Shown: in pieces, positions 1 through 11,400 of the stretch
How the letters are laid out: each line of letters starts with the position of its first letter
How positions within the stretch are numbered: position 1 is the stretch's first letter
Source of the DNA: a virus
Virus record (IMG/VR): IMGVR_UViG_3300000366_000001
Location: 1-64,000 of that record
Reading direction: 5' to 3' (one strand)
DNA length: 64,000 nucleotides
The notes under the pieces: model-generated
Told to the model about the DNA's origin: nothing
The model's input: only the letters and a program-made list of their open reading frames with translations
Database searches by the model: none
Program-made: the position numbers and the translations under genes

Positions 1-1094
1 CTCGCCGAAACTCCAACTTGGTCACCTTGGAGCACAGAAAGCGCTCCTCCCGAGGAGCCGATGCCTTCTCGTCCTACCCTAGCTCCGTCTGCGTGTCCCG
101 TAATCTGCTGCATCTGGTCATCAGCAACCGCCCCGCTGTTCTCACCCGGCATCAGGTAGCGGTTTTCTGAGTTAATCAGGTTTATTATATTGCCTGCGAG
201 CGGGCCAGTCGCAATCTCGGCGGTAATCTCGATTGTAGGGCCGCTTCCTGTAATTGTTTCGTTGATCAGCAACCCCTCGTTAAACTGTCCAGCACCATCC
301 AGTCCTGCTGTGAGTTTTACGAATTTAGCATCGCCTGCGTTGCTGGGTTCTACAATTCCAGTTAGGTGGGTTGCAAGATTAAAAGTTTCGCCAATGGCTT
401 TTACAGTAAATGGTGAGACTGCGAAATCATCAAACTCCTGTTTGCGAAGCGGATGATCGGGATCAGTAGCCTCGCCAATTTTAAAGGTGCCGCCTGCGTT
501 ACGGACTGGCACGGTTTCGGCAGTGGCCTCGGTGTCTGTATCAGCTAGTCGCAACGGGTGCGCTGGGTCTGTTGCTTCACCCACTTTGAAAGTTCCACCT
601 GAATCTCGAACAGCGATAGCTCCTGAAACAGCGTTACTTAAAATATCGAAACTGGTTCCATTGTATTTTATTTTATAACGATCACCGTTTACAACAAATC
701 CATTAATATTAACTGCTGTTAATCCGTCAATAGATACCGTAGGATTGCTAACAGTGCTGTCTGCAATAGCAATAAATTCATATTCTGCGCCGTTTACATA
801 TTCTGTTGCCTGTGCAGTATAAAAACTAGATAACTCTATTGCGTTAGCAGTCCCACCGACAGACATCAAATGGCCTGAAACGGTTGCGTTATGAGTGCCA
901 GAAAGGCCTTTAACATTATAACCAGTCGTCAATACACGATCAGCAGTATCGTCTGTTGCACTGGAAACGACTCGCTTACTAGCCGCATTCTCTGCCGTAT
1001 TGAAATTACTATTCAGCTTCTGCCCTGCGGCGCGGGGTGTATCCCCCGTACCGTCATTAGGCGCTGATCCTACGTTAATTAATTGTATTGCCAT
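1..1094 (-). CDS. tail fibre protein, N-terminal 364 codons (ORF continues past the left edge)
   Basis: Own translation from ATG at 1094 gives MAIQLINVGSAPNDGTGDTPRAAGQKLNSNF..., a typical phage tail-fibre N-terminus. It stays open to position 1 and contains tandem GGTFK[VI]GEATDPxHPLR repeats. It is missing from the ORF track because it is open-ended. Confidence 0.7.
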   Translation of the reverse strand, partial: MAIQLINVGSAPNDGTGDTPRAAGQKLNSNFNTAENAASKRVVSSATDDTADRVLTTGYNVKGLSGTHNATVSGHLMSVGGTANAIELSSFYTAQATEYVNGAEYEFIAIADSTVSNPTVSIDGLTAVNINGFVVNGDRYKIKYNGTSFDILSNAVSGAIAVRDSGGTFKVGEATDPAHPLRLADTDTEATAETVPVRNAGGTFKIGEATDPDHPLRKQEFDDFAVSPFTVKAIGETFNLATHLTGIVEPSNAGDAKFVKLTAGLDGAGQFNEGLLINETITGSGPTIEITAEIATGPLAGNIINLINSENRYLMPGENSGAVADDQMQQITGHADGARVGREGIGSSGGALSVLQGDQVGVSA

Positions 1095-1105
1095 TTTATT
1101 TGCCT

Positions 1106-1450
1106 TTAGTTTATCGGTATGTTGATGGAAAGAGCGACTGCTTCTCCAAAAAGCGTCATTTGAAATATACCATGCTTAATGTATGGAGCTGCTATAGGTG
1201 CAACTCCTTCAATGTTAATGGGTAATTCCTTATAACCTGTAGCCGCTCCAAAATAAACGCCTGACCAGTCGTTAAAGGTATGGTCATAAGCAGCCATGTA
1301 AGACCTTTTGCTATAACTGTTAATCATAGTGCCCACTAATACATTATCATGCTGCACTGCTATTAGCTTATTAGCTGGAAACCCACCATTATTTAAGCCT
1401 TGTGTTGCAAGATGGGTTGTGAATAGGGCTGCTATTAGGGTTGTGCTCAT
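1106..1450 (-). CDS. hypothetical protein with signal-peptide-like N-terminus
   Basis: ORF track 114 aa; ATG verified; AAGGAG 8 nt upstream; hydrophobic N-terminus MSTTLIAALFTTHLATQG; lies between two tail-fibre genes. Confidence 0.6.
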   Translation of the reverse strand: MSTTLIAALFTTHLATQGLNNGGFPANKLIAVQHDNVLVGTMINSYSKRSYMAAYDHTFNDWSGVYFGAATGYKELPINIEGVAPIAAPYIKHGIFQMTLFGEAVALSINIPIN

Positions 1451-1532
1451 TGCTTATTCTCCTTTTGATGCAATGTTACAAAGGAGAGTAGATGGTTATT
1501 GTTTTTTAGTCAAGTTTTTTGGTTTTAATATT

Positions 1533-2474
1533 TTATACGTTATAGGTAATTGTATTGCCACCTGGCCAGGACTCAAGAGTTCGTCCAGTATTACTAAGAT
1601 CGGAGCCAATAGCATAGAATAATATTCTGCCGTTAGTCTGAACTTCAAATTTAACAATAAGTCCAGTAGCGTGCCCTGAAAATGTTATCATATTTTCAAT
1701 AGGCCTTGCCCAAGTTGGAAGAAAATCGACGGAAGTTCCACTAATACTGCTCGTGCTACCGGAGGTAGAAAGTCGACTCACTACAGTAATTGTAACTGTA
1801 TCGCCTATCCTGCATATTTTAAACTTACCCTGAGAGAAACTGCTGTCAGCTTCTTTTTCCAAAGAGTTATAATAAACACCACTAACAGCCCCATCTCCAA
1901 CTTGGGTAGAAGCCCTATCTAATCCCTCAACGCCTTTATCATAAGCCGTTTTAACAGTATTGGCCGTAGCCGCCTGAGTGGTGCTAGTAGAAGTTACAGT
2001 ATTATTAAGTGGCAACCTTTCTGCTGGAACAGTCCCATCATTCAGGTTACTAGCATTGCGGTAATAACTTGGCGACTGCCCACCAAGTTGAGCCGCATTA
2101 TCAGCATTATCAGCATTATCAGACGTAGCCGCATTACCGCTAATGCTTATATTATAAGTACCAGTTAATCTATTCGCGTCAACAGTTCCCTGAGTTAAGT
2201 TACTGGCATTATCAGCCCCTAAGTTAATCCTTGCATTAACAGCCGTTTCAGCACCAGTGCCACCACCACTCACCCCAATCAATTCTTTCTTGTAAGACAA
2301 TCCATTCCATCGATAAAAAGTATTACCCTCAAACTTTACAGCGTCAATAGGCAAGTTAGCGTTATTAACATCGACGCCTTTGAGCATCTTTACATTTGCA
2401 TTAACATTAGAGCGTATATCTTCAAAGTTAGAAGTTAACTCTGTCTGCAAGTTTGGTTTATTAAAATCAGCCAT
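1533..2474 (-). CDS. tail fibre protein
   Basis: 313 aa. Contains ASNLTQGTV / ASNLNDGTV motifs and TANTVKTAYD, as in phage tail fibres. Lies directly downstream of the host-specificity protein. Confidence 0.75.
   Translation of the reverse strand: MADFNKPNLQTELTSNFEDIRSNVNANVKMLKGVDVNNANLPIDAVKFEGNTFYRWNGLSYKKELIGVSGGGTGAETAVNARINLGADNASNLTQGTVDANRLTGTYNISISGNAATSDNADNADNAAQLGGQSPSYYRNASNLNDGTVPAERLPLNNTVTSTSTTQAATANTVKTAYDKGVEGLDRASTQVGDGAVSGVYYNSLEKEADSSFSQGKFKICRIGDTVTITVVSRLSTSGSTSSISGTSVDFLPTWARPIENMITFSGHATGLIVKFEVQTNGRILFYAIGSDLSNTGRTLESWPGGNTITYNV
2095..2121 (-). repeat. perfect 9-bp tandem repeat x3 inside the tail-fibre CDS
   Basis: GCATTATCA x3 on the plus strand, encoding in-frame DNA-DNA-DNA (protein SDNADNADNAAQ). 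Confidence 0.9.
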
Positions 2475-2494
2475 TACAATTCCTCAAATATAAA

Positions 2495-5400
2495 TTAAAA
2501 ACCTTCAGCAGACCAGCTAAATTCACCAACATCTCTATTACCGTTTATATCAAATAAATAAGCAGTAAACTCTGATTGATCGCCTGCATTATCAAAGTCA
2601 TACAATGCATATTTAGCAACTGTGCCATCAGTTTTAGCCGTCATGGTTATGCTCTGAACATCTAAGAAATTCTGGTTAAACACGACTACTTTGCCATCGG
2701 CGGCAACGTCTATTATACCATTCCCTGAGTCGTATTTTTTTCTTATATCAAGTTTAAACTGTATTGACTGTAATGTTTCTAAAGGTCGTATTGAGCCCGT
2801 TTTCTCTGTTAAGTTTATTCTAAATTTAACATATCTGAAATCTCTAAAGAATTGATTGGTGCCTGTAAAGTTATCATAAGTAATACCGTCTTGGCTCCTA
2901 CTTAAAATATACTCTTTATCAAGTCCATCAACAAGAGTTTCCCATGTATCCGTAACAGTGACACGAGTTGAATCAATTATCGTTCCGTAGTCAACAACTA
3001 CTTCATAATATCCACCTGAAACATAAGACTTTTGCATCCAGTATACATAACCTTGATCTATGACATCCTGCAATGTATATCCGCTATCAAATGTAATTAC
3101 ATCATTATCAAAAGTGTAATCATCAGTTGAATCAAAAGTATTTGGTATGCTTAGCTCTGATAAAAAATCAGCATATGTTTTGTTAGTGTCAACTGTAAAT
3201 AATACGCTTGTATCCTTTTGGATATCAAAAGTAAAATCAGCAGTCGTATCAAATGTTATTTCAGTTGTATCAAATGTTGCTGGTGTATCTCTGAAAAACT
3301 TACCGTTATTAGCATCACCGCTGTTTAAGTCTACAAGCTGATTATCAACTAATACATAATCAGGAGGCACATCAAGCTCTACTTTTAGTGACGATCTTTC
3401 ACCTATATTACCGGCAATATCAACAGGCTCAACATAATAAGTGTAGGTTCCTGCATCAGTCTCAAATCGAGTAAAAAAGGTTGTATAGGTATAACCTATT
3501 TTTTGGAATCCACCTACAACAGCCAGGGTTTCTTTGTAAACATTGTAATAATCAATCTTGAAGCCAGATACAGGTTCGCTCCAACGAAGGTTGATATTAT
3601 TGTCAATTGTCTCAGCATTTATGCCTGTAGGCTTGCTAGGGTTAACAATATTTACATTCAAAAGTGACGCATTTTCACTAAAATTATCAACAACGTCAAT
3701 CGCTTTTATGTGATATTGATAATTTCCTGACTCCAAAGGAGATACAAGTTTCTGATTAGTTCTAAGTCTATCTATCTTAAATCCAGAATCCCAATTAAAA
3801 CCTTTTCTTATTTCATACTCTTTGACATCAAGCTCTTCATTAGGCAGCCACTCTAACAAAATTCCATCTTTTTGCTGGATATAAGAAAACCCTTGCACGT
3901 TCTCGGGAGGGCTAGACTTGCCAATAATAAGCACATTATCCAAAAGCAAAAACTCGCCAGCAATACCAAACTCAGTTATAAACCTGATTCTAAAGTCATA
4001 GCTTTGTTCATCCTGCAAACCTGCAACATAAACAAAGTCATTGGTAAAATCGAAAGTTTCTTTTTTGTAATCTCCGGTGCTTCCAGATGATCTATACTGA
4101 ACCTGAATAAAACTAGGGCTAGGTCTTTTTTGCTGCCCAGCGATTGCTTCAGGCTCTTTTACAACAAAGCCAGCTCTTGTTATAAGAGATCCATCTTGAC
4201 CTATCAACAGAGCCTCTTCATCTGTTACAACAGATATTGCAACAGGTTTGGCCGGGTCTGCGTACTGATCTATAGATATAACCGAATCGACAGGGCTGTA
4301 ATCCTGAATAATTCCATTTTCAGCATCAAATATAGCAGGGTCTGCATAGTCAACCAATGCAACTTCGCAAGAATCATCAGTTCCAGGTGTTTTTTCTTTA
4401 ACGATATATTTTTGAGTTATTGATTCCGCATCAGTGCCAGCGATTGCAATATCACCGACCTGCAATTCAGAAGGAACAGCATTTAAAGTTAAAGTAGCAC
4501 CGTCAACAGAAAATACATCATAAACGCTCAAATCCTGAATTTCAGTTCCAGCATATCTAAATGTAATCTTTGTTGCGCTATCCAACTGAAACGCTTGATC
4601 TAACTCAACGTCATTACCCGATATGGATTTAACGCGAGAATAATGCAAGACACCTTGAATCTTGTCGTGCGTCATTGATACCACATCACCACGCCTAAAG
4701 TATTTATGCTCTATACCAGTGCTTACACGGTATTCTTCAGGGCGCAACACCATCTGAGCTAAAGCGTATTTAGCGTATCTGTAAACTTGGTCAGGGTCTG
4801 TTATGCCATCGCAATTAATATCCTGAATCAAGGAATCGTTAACAAGTACATCGTTATCATTACGCTTAATAATTACTTCATCGACGTTGTAGTTTTTATC
4901 CTTGTTGGCAAACTTGCAGCGCAAGGCATCAGGGATTCGAGCAAACGTCTTGCTTGCACTAAATCCATAAGTGTTAGCAGGTGTCAACCTTGATACAGCA
5001 GGCTTGCCAGGAGTGTCATAAATGATGCTGTACTTGCCATCAATCATAGAATTAGATGCACGTCCAGTACTTGCAATTTTACGCGCAAGCTCACCCACAG
5101 TAGTCTCATAATCGACTACCGTGTTATATCTGTATCTAGGCTCAAGAGTTGAACCATCTCTAGATAAAACCTGTTCATCGCAAACAGCAGCCCAATCTAG
5201 GAAAGCATCAAGGTCAATTATATCGCCCCAATCATCTACTTCTCCACCTGTATCGTCCGGTGCAGATTCAGCTTGTATAAATCGCTTGTTGGCTGGCCCT
5301 GTCAATAGCTTTAAGAATTCCCAAGCATTGTTACCTGAAGCGTCGTCATCTTCAATAAAGTCGTTATCTTCTTCTGAGTAGCGCTCGACAACAGAAGAGC

Positions 5401-7084
5401 AAACACAACTAAGGTTCTTAATGGTTTCGTTTAATTGATCGCTTGCCTTTATTTTAAGCGCGACATAACAAAATTCAGGAGGAAAAGGAACAATCTCATT
5501 GCCTTGATCATCCGTTCTTTGTATTGACCTGATATTGGTTACTGAAAACTTATCTCTTATCTTGCTATCATCTGTATCATCAGTAAGCCTTGTAACCCTT
5601 ACTTCATATGAACCTTTAGTAAGATCAGTGGCCTTTGTAGTATGAAAGTATCTTTCAGCAGAATCAGAAGTTATTGAAATAGGATTAGCGAACTCACTTA
5701 AAAAAGCGTTAGTAGTGCTTCCTGTAAGCTTGCCGTAATGTTTTGGCTTTTCCTTACGTGAGCCATATGTAAATCTATTCCATCCACCGACTTTTAAAAC
5801 AGTGCCGGTCAAGGTTACGTAGTCAGTACGGCCGAAAGAGTCAGTGGCTTTTGTACCTTTTAATTCAATAGATGAATAAACCGAATAAACATTATAGGTT
5901 CTTCCTGTTCCGTTAGTTATGACTCTGACCTCCTGTCCTGGAACGATATTAAAACCTGAAGGCAATACGATAAAGCAATCGTTGCACTGGTAGCTTTTTC
6001 TTTTTCTACGACCAGTGTGGTCATATCCATTATCAAATGTTCTACTGTATTGATCCAATACAATCTCGCAATTAGCGCCGTCCGTATTTGCATCAAAGCC
6101 AGTCCATTCAGAATCGCCAATCTTCCTATATTCAATCTGAACGTTTACCGTTCTATTTCTTCGCTTACCCTTATCATCAAATCGAACCAATCCATTAAAT
6201 GTTAGCTCTACGCCCAATTCTTCTGTATTTGGTGCGCTAGTGAATATCCTTGGCTCATCAGACTGTTTAATCAATACATTTTGCGGAGAATCTTGAATAT
6301 CACCTGTGACAAGAGTGATTTTATTGACAATATCAGAAGTCCACCCATCAGGGTCTTCTCTTCTTAAAGAATAAGCGGTATCTCTTTGATCTTGTATTTG
6401 AAGCTCATAATCTGTGAAATCTGTTAAAGGCTGGCTTCCAATCCTTATATTGTCTTCTGTTAACCCTTTAATAGGGCCGTACCCAAAGCAAAATACTTGA
6501 GTTAGCTGTACATCCTGACCATGAGCTTCACGGATAGGATTTGTAGCAAGAGGCGGTGTTACCTTAGTAGTGCCGATAAGGTAGGGTACAGGTGCGCCTG
6601 TTTTAATCGTGTTTTGAGTGCCACGAATATCTAGCGTAGAGGATTCTTTAGGGTCAGCTTTAGGCGTATCAGGAGCGTCTATAGGGATTATTTGCTGGGA
6701 TAAGTAGGTTGCTGCCATTGTTACACCGGCGCTAATGATCGCTGTGCCGAATGCGCCAGTCCCAAACGCGCCTGCTATTGCTGGAACAGCGTAGGCCTGA
6801 CCAGCCGCAACAAGTGCAACAGTTAACGCAGCACTTAAAGTGTTCTTGTTTTTAGGCTTTACATAAACCATGTACTCCCCTTCCTTGGGTCGAATTCCTT
6901 TCCAGTATTTCTGTTCAATAAAGAATAAAACGTCATCATTGCATTTATAAACAACTGACACGTCTTCACGTTCAAGATTACATTTGTCTTCTACAAACTC
7001 AAGAATAGACTTAGAGCCAGGCGCAAACTCACTGGTTCTTGTGACATCTATTAAAAATGGGTCAGCATAAATAACCTTGAACAT
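2495..7084 (-). CDS. host-specificity / central tail fibre protein (gpJ-like) with gpI-like N-terminal module
   Basis: 1529 aa, the largest ORF, placed after the distal tail genes. The N-terminal ~130 aa carry a Gly/Ala-rich hydrophobic stretch (AIAGAFGTGAFGTAIISAGV) like lambda tail-assembly protein I. Fibronectin-III-like repeats occur in the middle. Confidence 0.85.
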   Translation of the reverse strand: MFKVIYADPFLIDVTRTSEFAPGSKSILEFVEDKCNLEREDVSVVYKCNDDVLFFIEQKYWKGIRPKEGEYMVYVKPKNKNTLSAALTVALVAAGQAYAVPAIAGAFGTGAFGTAIISAGVTMAATYLSQQIIPIDAPDTPKADPKESSTLDIRGTQNTIKTGAPVPYLIGTTKVTPPLATNPIREAHGQDVQLTQVFCFGYGPIKGLTEDNIRIGSQPLTDFTDYELQIQDQRDTAYSLRREDPDGWTSDIVNKITLVTGDIQDSPQNVLIKQSDEPRIFTSAPNTEELGVELTFNGLVRFDDKGKRRNRTVNVQIEYRKIGDSEWTGFDANTDGANCEIVLDQYSRTFDNGYDHTGRRKRKSYQCNDCFIVLPSGFNIVPGQEVRVITNGTGRTYNVYSVYSSIELKGTKATDSFGRTDYVTLTGTVLKVGGWNRFTYGSRKEKPKHYGKLTGSTTNAFLSEFANPISITSDSAERYFHTTKATDLTKGSYEVRVTRLTDDTDDSKIRDKFSVTNIRSIQRTDDQGNEIVPFPPEFCYVALKIKASDQLNETIKNLSCVCSSVVERYSEEDNDFIEDDDASGNNAWEFLKLLTGPANKRFIQAESAPDDTGGEVDDWGDIIDLDAFLDWAAVCDEQVLSRDGSTLEPRYRYNTVVDYETTVGELARKIASTGRASNSMIDGKYSIIYDTPGKPAVSRLTPANTYGFSASKTFARIPDALRCKFANKDKNYNVDEVIIKRNDNDVLVNDSLIQDINCDGITDPDQVYRYAKYALAQMVLRPEEYRVSTGIEHKYFRRGDVVSMTHDKIQGVLHYSRVKSISGNDVELDQAFQLDSATKITFRYAGTEIQDLSVYDVFSVDGATLTLNAVPSELQVGDIAIAGTDAESITQKYIVKEKTPGTDDSCEVALVDYADPAIFDAENGIIQDYSPVDSVISIDQYADPAKPVAISVVTDEEALLIGQDGSLITRAGFVVKEPEAIAGQQKRPSPSFIQVQYRSSGSTGDYKKETFDFTNDFVYVAGLQDEQSYDFRIRFITEFGIAGEFLLLDNVLIIGKSSPPENVQGFSYIQQKDGILLEWLPNEELDVKEYEIRKGFNWDSGFKIDRLRTNQKLVSPLESGNYQYHIKAIDVVDNFSENASLLNVNIVNPSKPTGINAETIDNNINLRWSEPVSGFKIDYYNVYKETLAVVGGFQKIGYTYTTFFTRFETDAGTYTYYVEPVDIAGNIGERSSLKVELDVPPDYVLVDNQLVDLNSGDANNGKFFRDTPATFDTTEITFDTTADFTFDIQKDTSVLFTVDTNKTYADFLSELSIPNTFDSTDDYTFDNDVITFDSGYTLQDVIDQGYVYWMQKSYVSGGYYEVVVDYGTIIDSTRVTVTDTWETLVDGLDKEYILSRSQDGITYDNFTGTNQFFRDFRYVKFRINLTEKTGSIRPLETLQSIQFKLDIRKKYDSGNGIIDVAADGKVVVFNQNFLDVQSITMTAKTDGTVAKYALYDFDNAGDQSEFTAYLFDINGNRDVGEFSWSAEGF

Positions 7085-7177
7085 TAAAATAGCCTTATTG
7101 AAACTGATTTATTTAAACTATTTTAACACGTTTTTATTTCTAGATTTTTAGTAATAATATTTTTTATAAAAACCTTA

Positions 7178-7654
7178 TCACTGATCAAACAAGACAGGGA
7201 ATGAAGTTTGTGTAAACTTATCCTTTGGAAAAGAATCATTAAACAGCGTCTCAAAAGTCATGTCAAATGAAACTGACTGAGCATCCCAATTAGCATTAGA
7301 TAACTTAAACACATAAGGCCTTGCTCTTTCTGTGTATTGTGTTCCTGTGCTAGCTTCCTGCATAACCTGATAAACAGTGCATTTAATATCAGAATAACCT
7401 CGTGTCAAGTTTAAAAACTCGTTATTTACATCAGCAATAACCAATTTTGCTACTTGCGCTTCCCCAGCCAATTCTTTCGGTAAAGCAAAAGTAAATTGTG
7501 TCCTGTTAAAAACATCTCCGTTATAGGCAACATCCTTTGCGTTGTTAACAATTCTAAATACTTCTGTACCGGCCTCAATCTTAAGAAGGGTAAAGAAATA
7601 AGAATCAACATTTAAAGAAAAAAGCCTTTCCCTTATTGCAGCTGGCATAGCCAT
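7178..7654 (-). CDS. distal tail protein, DUF1833-like
   Basis: 158 aa. Sits between the NlpC/P60 gene and the gpJ-like gene. The N-terminus (AIRERLFSLNVDSYFFTLLKIE...VFRIVNN) resembles DUF1833 phage proteins. Confidence 0.55.
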   Translation of the reverse strand: MAMPAAIRERLFSLNVDSYFFTLLKIEAGTEVFRIVNNAKDVAYNGDVFNRTQFTFALPKELAGEAQVAKLVIADVNNEFLNLTRGYSDIKCTVYQVMQEASTGTQYTERARPYVFKLSNANWDAQSVSFDMTFETLFNDSFPKDKFTQTSFPVLFDQ

Positions 7655-7668
7655 TATTTATTGCTCCT

Positions 7669-8052
7669 TTAGTATTTAAAAAAACCAAGTATATTGCCTG
7701 AATATTCATTGTCTCTAATGCTTGAAACAACAGGGCTGCTATTTTTTATCATGTGAATAAAGCGCCTTGAGTCAATCATTACACCTATATGCCTAGAGGA
7801 ATACTCAGTCTTTAGTAAAACCAAGCAATACTTCTCAGGCTTATCAACCTGCTTAAATAAAGGCTTGCCCTTGCTTAGATTAACTGCTATTGAATTTTTA
7901 TCGTTAACATCATAATCAAATGAAGGAAGTCTTTTATTTAACTCTTTTTCATAAACATAAGATGCAAAATCATAACAATCATATTCTTTGTAATCAAGTC
8001 CAAGGTATTCCTCTGTGTTCATATTATTTATACTCTGATCAAGGCTGAACAA
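7669..8052 (-). CDS. NlpC/P60-family tail protein (gpK-like)
   Basis: Has a catalytic Cys context (YDCYDFASYVY) and His (RHIGVMI...FIHM). The track start is TTG at 8052; the first ATG is at 8022. Confidence 0.7.
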   Translation of the reverse strand: MFSLDQSINNMNTEEYLGLDYKEYDCYDFASYVYEKELNKRLPSFDYDVNDKNSIAVNLSKGKPLFKQVDKPEKYCLVLLKTEYSSRHIGVMIDSRRFIHMIKNSSPVVSSIRDNEYSGNILGFFKY

Positions 8053-8407
8053 TAAAATAAACTGATAAAGTTAAATAACGACCACCAAAAGAGCCAATTG
8101 AATAAGGTGGCGATTGTTCAGGATCAAACTTAACAAGCAACGTATTCAATTCATCCAGCGGGTCAGGGAATTCAAACTCCTGAGTACCTGAAATAATAGC
8201 GACATTAAAGAATGTTTTAAATGTTTGCAGTTGTGTAGCAGTCATCCTAAACGACCCGCTAATAATACGCCCTTCATACTGGCTTCTGGGTCGTGTTTGA
8301 GGCTCACCTACATCATAATCAGCGGTAATAATATCAGGATTGCCCGATTCTCGATAGCTGTCTTGTAAAAACTTTTGAGGCAATGAAAAAGGCCATATAG
8401 CAGCCAT
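8039..8407 (-). CDS. minor tail protein (gpM position)
   Basis: 122 aa; lies immediately downstream of the tape measure gene; ATG verified. Confidence 0.55.
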   Translation of the reverse strand: MAAIWPFSLPQKFLQDSYRESGNPDIITADYDVGEPQTRPRSQYEGRIISGSFRMTATQLQTFKTFFNVAIISGTQEFEFPDPLDELNTLLVKFDPEQSPPYSIGSFGGRYLTLSVYFIVQP

Positions 8408-8497
8408 AAAAGCACCTTTGATTATTTATATTGACTTATGATAACACTTTATTTTACTTTAAAGTAATTGGCTATACGTGATTTATATAAAGCGCAA

Positions 8498-11400
8498 TTA
8501 ACCGCCAACAGGTGTAACCCCGAACCTTGAGCGCATGCCCTGATCAGCCCTGCCTGAGCCGATTGCTTGGTTAACCTTGTTGGCAATGACCAAATCAATA
8601 TCCAGAGTATCACCATCTCTTCTACGTCCAGTTTCCTTCATTTGCATTGGCTCGCCAGACGTGTTGGTCAAGTTGACATTGACGTTTAATTCTTGTCCTG
8701 AACCGCCTGAAGAAGCGACACCTAAATCACCAGAAGATGTCCTTTTCAGAGGAAGGATAGCCTCAGGGCCAGCTTCACCCATCAAGCCAGCACCCATAGC
8801 AAAGCGTGTAGGGGTGTTAACTACTGAGTTAGAGTAGCCTGAAAGGCTGGGTAACCCGCCCTTAGCAAATCTCTGAACTTCACCGCCTACAAAGGCGTTA
8901 CCCTTGGCGCTAGGTGTGTCTGCGGTGGTTCCCGATCCACCAAAAGCACTACTGAAGGCATTAGCTAGCGGAGCAGTGACAGCAGCCCTGATTTGTATTC
9001 TAACAAGATCCGCAATAATGGCATTAGCTAAGTCTTTAAAGTTAAGCTTGCCCGTCATAACAAAGTCTGTCAACTGGTTTTCAAGGCCGCTTAACGTATT
9101 AGAAACAACATCAGCAAAGGCGGTTTCAAAATCATAAGCAGACTCAACATAATCATCTAATGCTTGTTTTACCTTGTGAACAGCAGGGACGCCACCCGTT
9201 AACTCTTGCATGTAAGCTCTTGCATCCTCTGCACTAAGATCACCCCTTGACAGGGCATCCATGACCTTTGAAGCTTCCCTTTGCAGCTCTCGCATAGGAT
9301 CTAGGCTATCTCTAGTTGCAGTCAACCAGTTTTGGTAGTCTGATTCTGCTTGCTTTACTGATTCGCTTTGATCCTTTATTTTATTTGTTGTTGTTACTAG
9401 ACTTTGAGCAAATTTAGCTTGTTCAGCGGTTCCACCGGCCATTAAAACATTGTATGCGGCAAGCTCACCAGAAGTCATGTTGAGTGTTCTAGCTTCTTCT
9501 ACAAGTCTATCTATTATCTTTTGTACTTTTTCAGAATTTTCTTCTGTTGAATCTGTGTTTTTGTCCTTAGATTCGCTATTTTTATCTTGCTCACCAGTCA
9601 GCTCTGCCAGTTTTCGCCGCAACTTTTCGACATTATCCGATTGTTCGCCAGTTGCTGATATCTGTTCGTTGATCGCGTCGATGGATCGCTGAAAACCTGC
9701 GACTGACTGCTCGTTGCCCTGCTGTTCAGCAATAGACATCTGCTCAAACATAACACGGCGCTGATCAAGCAACGAGTTAACATCGCTTGCAGCTTCAGCA
9801 GCGCGAATCTGGCCTTTCAGTGATTCAATTCGGTTTTGTTTTTGAGCATCGGTAAGCTTGCCTATCGTTCCATAAAGCTCTTCAGCTTGATTGCGCACAC
9901 TTTCAAGCTGATCAGCAGTTTCTTGAGCTTGTCTTCTGAATTGTATAAATGCAAGAGTAGCAGCCCCACCGATAGCAGTAGCAAGCAAGCCTACAGGGTT
10001 AGCCCTCATTGCAGCATTAAGCAATAATTGAGCCTTAGTAGCCAAAGCAGCCCTTGCCGTATAAAGGGTGATTGCGGTGGTCAATGTTCCGTAAGCGACA
10101 GCGGTAGAGGCGACAAAAGTAGCCGTTGTTTTCAGGATATCAGCAACGCTCTGAAGGCTATTTAGCTGATCTATAGTGTAATCATTAGACTCTGCGAACT
10201 CTTGCCCTAATCCATTCCATACGCTTAAAAGTCCAGCCGTATTAGTGATTAGGCTTTGCAGTGACGCTCCTAAACCAGACGAATCATTGAGACTAAGTAT
10301 GGTCTCCCCTACAGCACTATTCAGAGTCCTGAAAGAGTTGGCTAGACCTGCACTCATTGTCTTTGCCATTTTATCGGCAGCGCCCTCTGAATCCTGAAGC
10401 TCACTCGTTAATTCTGACATTCTGTCAGAGCCAGATGCAAGGATGTTAAAGGCAGGAGCCACCTCAGAGCCAAAAATCTTAAACGCATCAGCAGTGTCTA
10501 TATTGGCATCGCGTAACGTCTGCAATACATTTGTTAAGCCGTTTGTCTTAACATCAAGCTGATCTAATGTTAATCCGTAACTAGCAAGCCTCTTAGTGGC
10601 TTCTGGCGTGGCATTGGATAGCTGCCTAATCATACCAACCATTGCTCTACCGGCACGGCTAGACTGTATGCCAGAATCACCGAGTACGCCAATAGCTGCT
10701 GACAACTCTTCAATTCTTACGCCAGCCGACTGAGCCACAGGCGCGGCATAAGATAGAGCTTCACCCATTTGCTCTATATTCGTGTTGCTCCTTGATGCAG
10801 TTGCAGCCATTACATCATTAAGCTTGTTAAGCTCACTGACTTCCATTTGCATGCCGCCTAACGCATTCGACGCAATGTCAGCAGCACGCGCAAGGTCAAT
10901 GCCTCCAGCAGTAGCAAGAGAAAGAATCCCTGGAGTTGACTCAATAACCTCATTAACATCAAAGCCAGCTTGAGCTAGAAACGCCTGAGCATCGGCTGTT
11001 TGCTGTGCGCTAAAAATGGTTGTAGCACCCAAAGACCTTGACTGATCTTCAAGCGATTTCATTTGTGCCTCTGTAGCGCCAGAAATAGCTCTTAGTTTAT
11101 TTAGGCTTGTTTCAAACTGAGCTACTTGCTGTATTGAATCTCTTAATCCTACACCGATACCAATGGCCGCAAAAGATGCTGCTAGCGTCCTAACAACATC
11201 TCTAACATTGACAAGCCTATTGCCCATTTTTTTAGCGTTCTGGCTAACTTCATCGAACCTTGTTTCAGCACTTCTTAAAGCTGCCGAATGTTGATTTTGG
11301 CTAATTGTTCCTTTATCTAAAGCCTGATTAAGCTTTCTTAGTGTCGTATCGTATTTTAATTTAGCCCGTTCAGACTTGCTAGTCGTGCCAAGGCTTTGCA

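Noticed and set aside
190-678. Plus-strand ORFs 190..456 and 487..678
   Set aside because: They are antisense to the open-ended tail-fibre ORF, have an Ala/Ser/Pro-rich low-complexity translation and no RBS. They are shadow ORFs.
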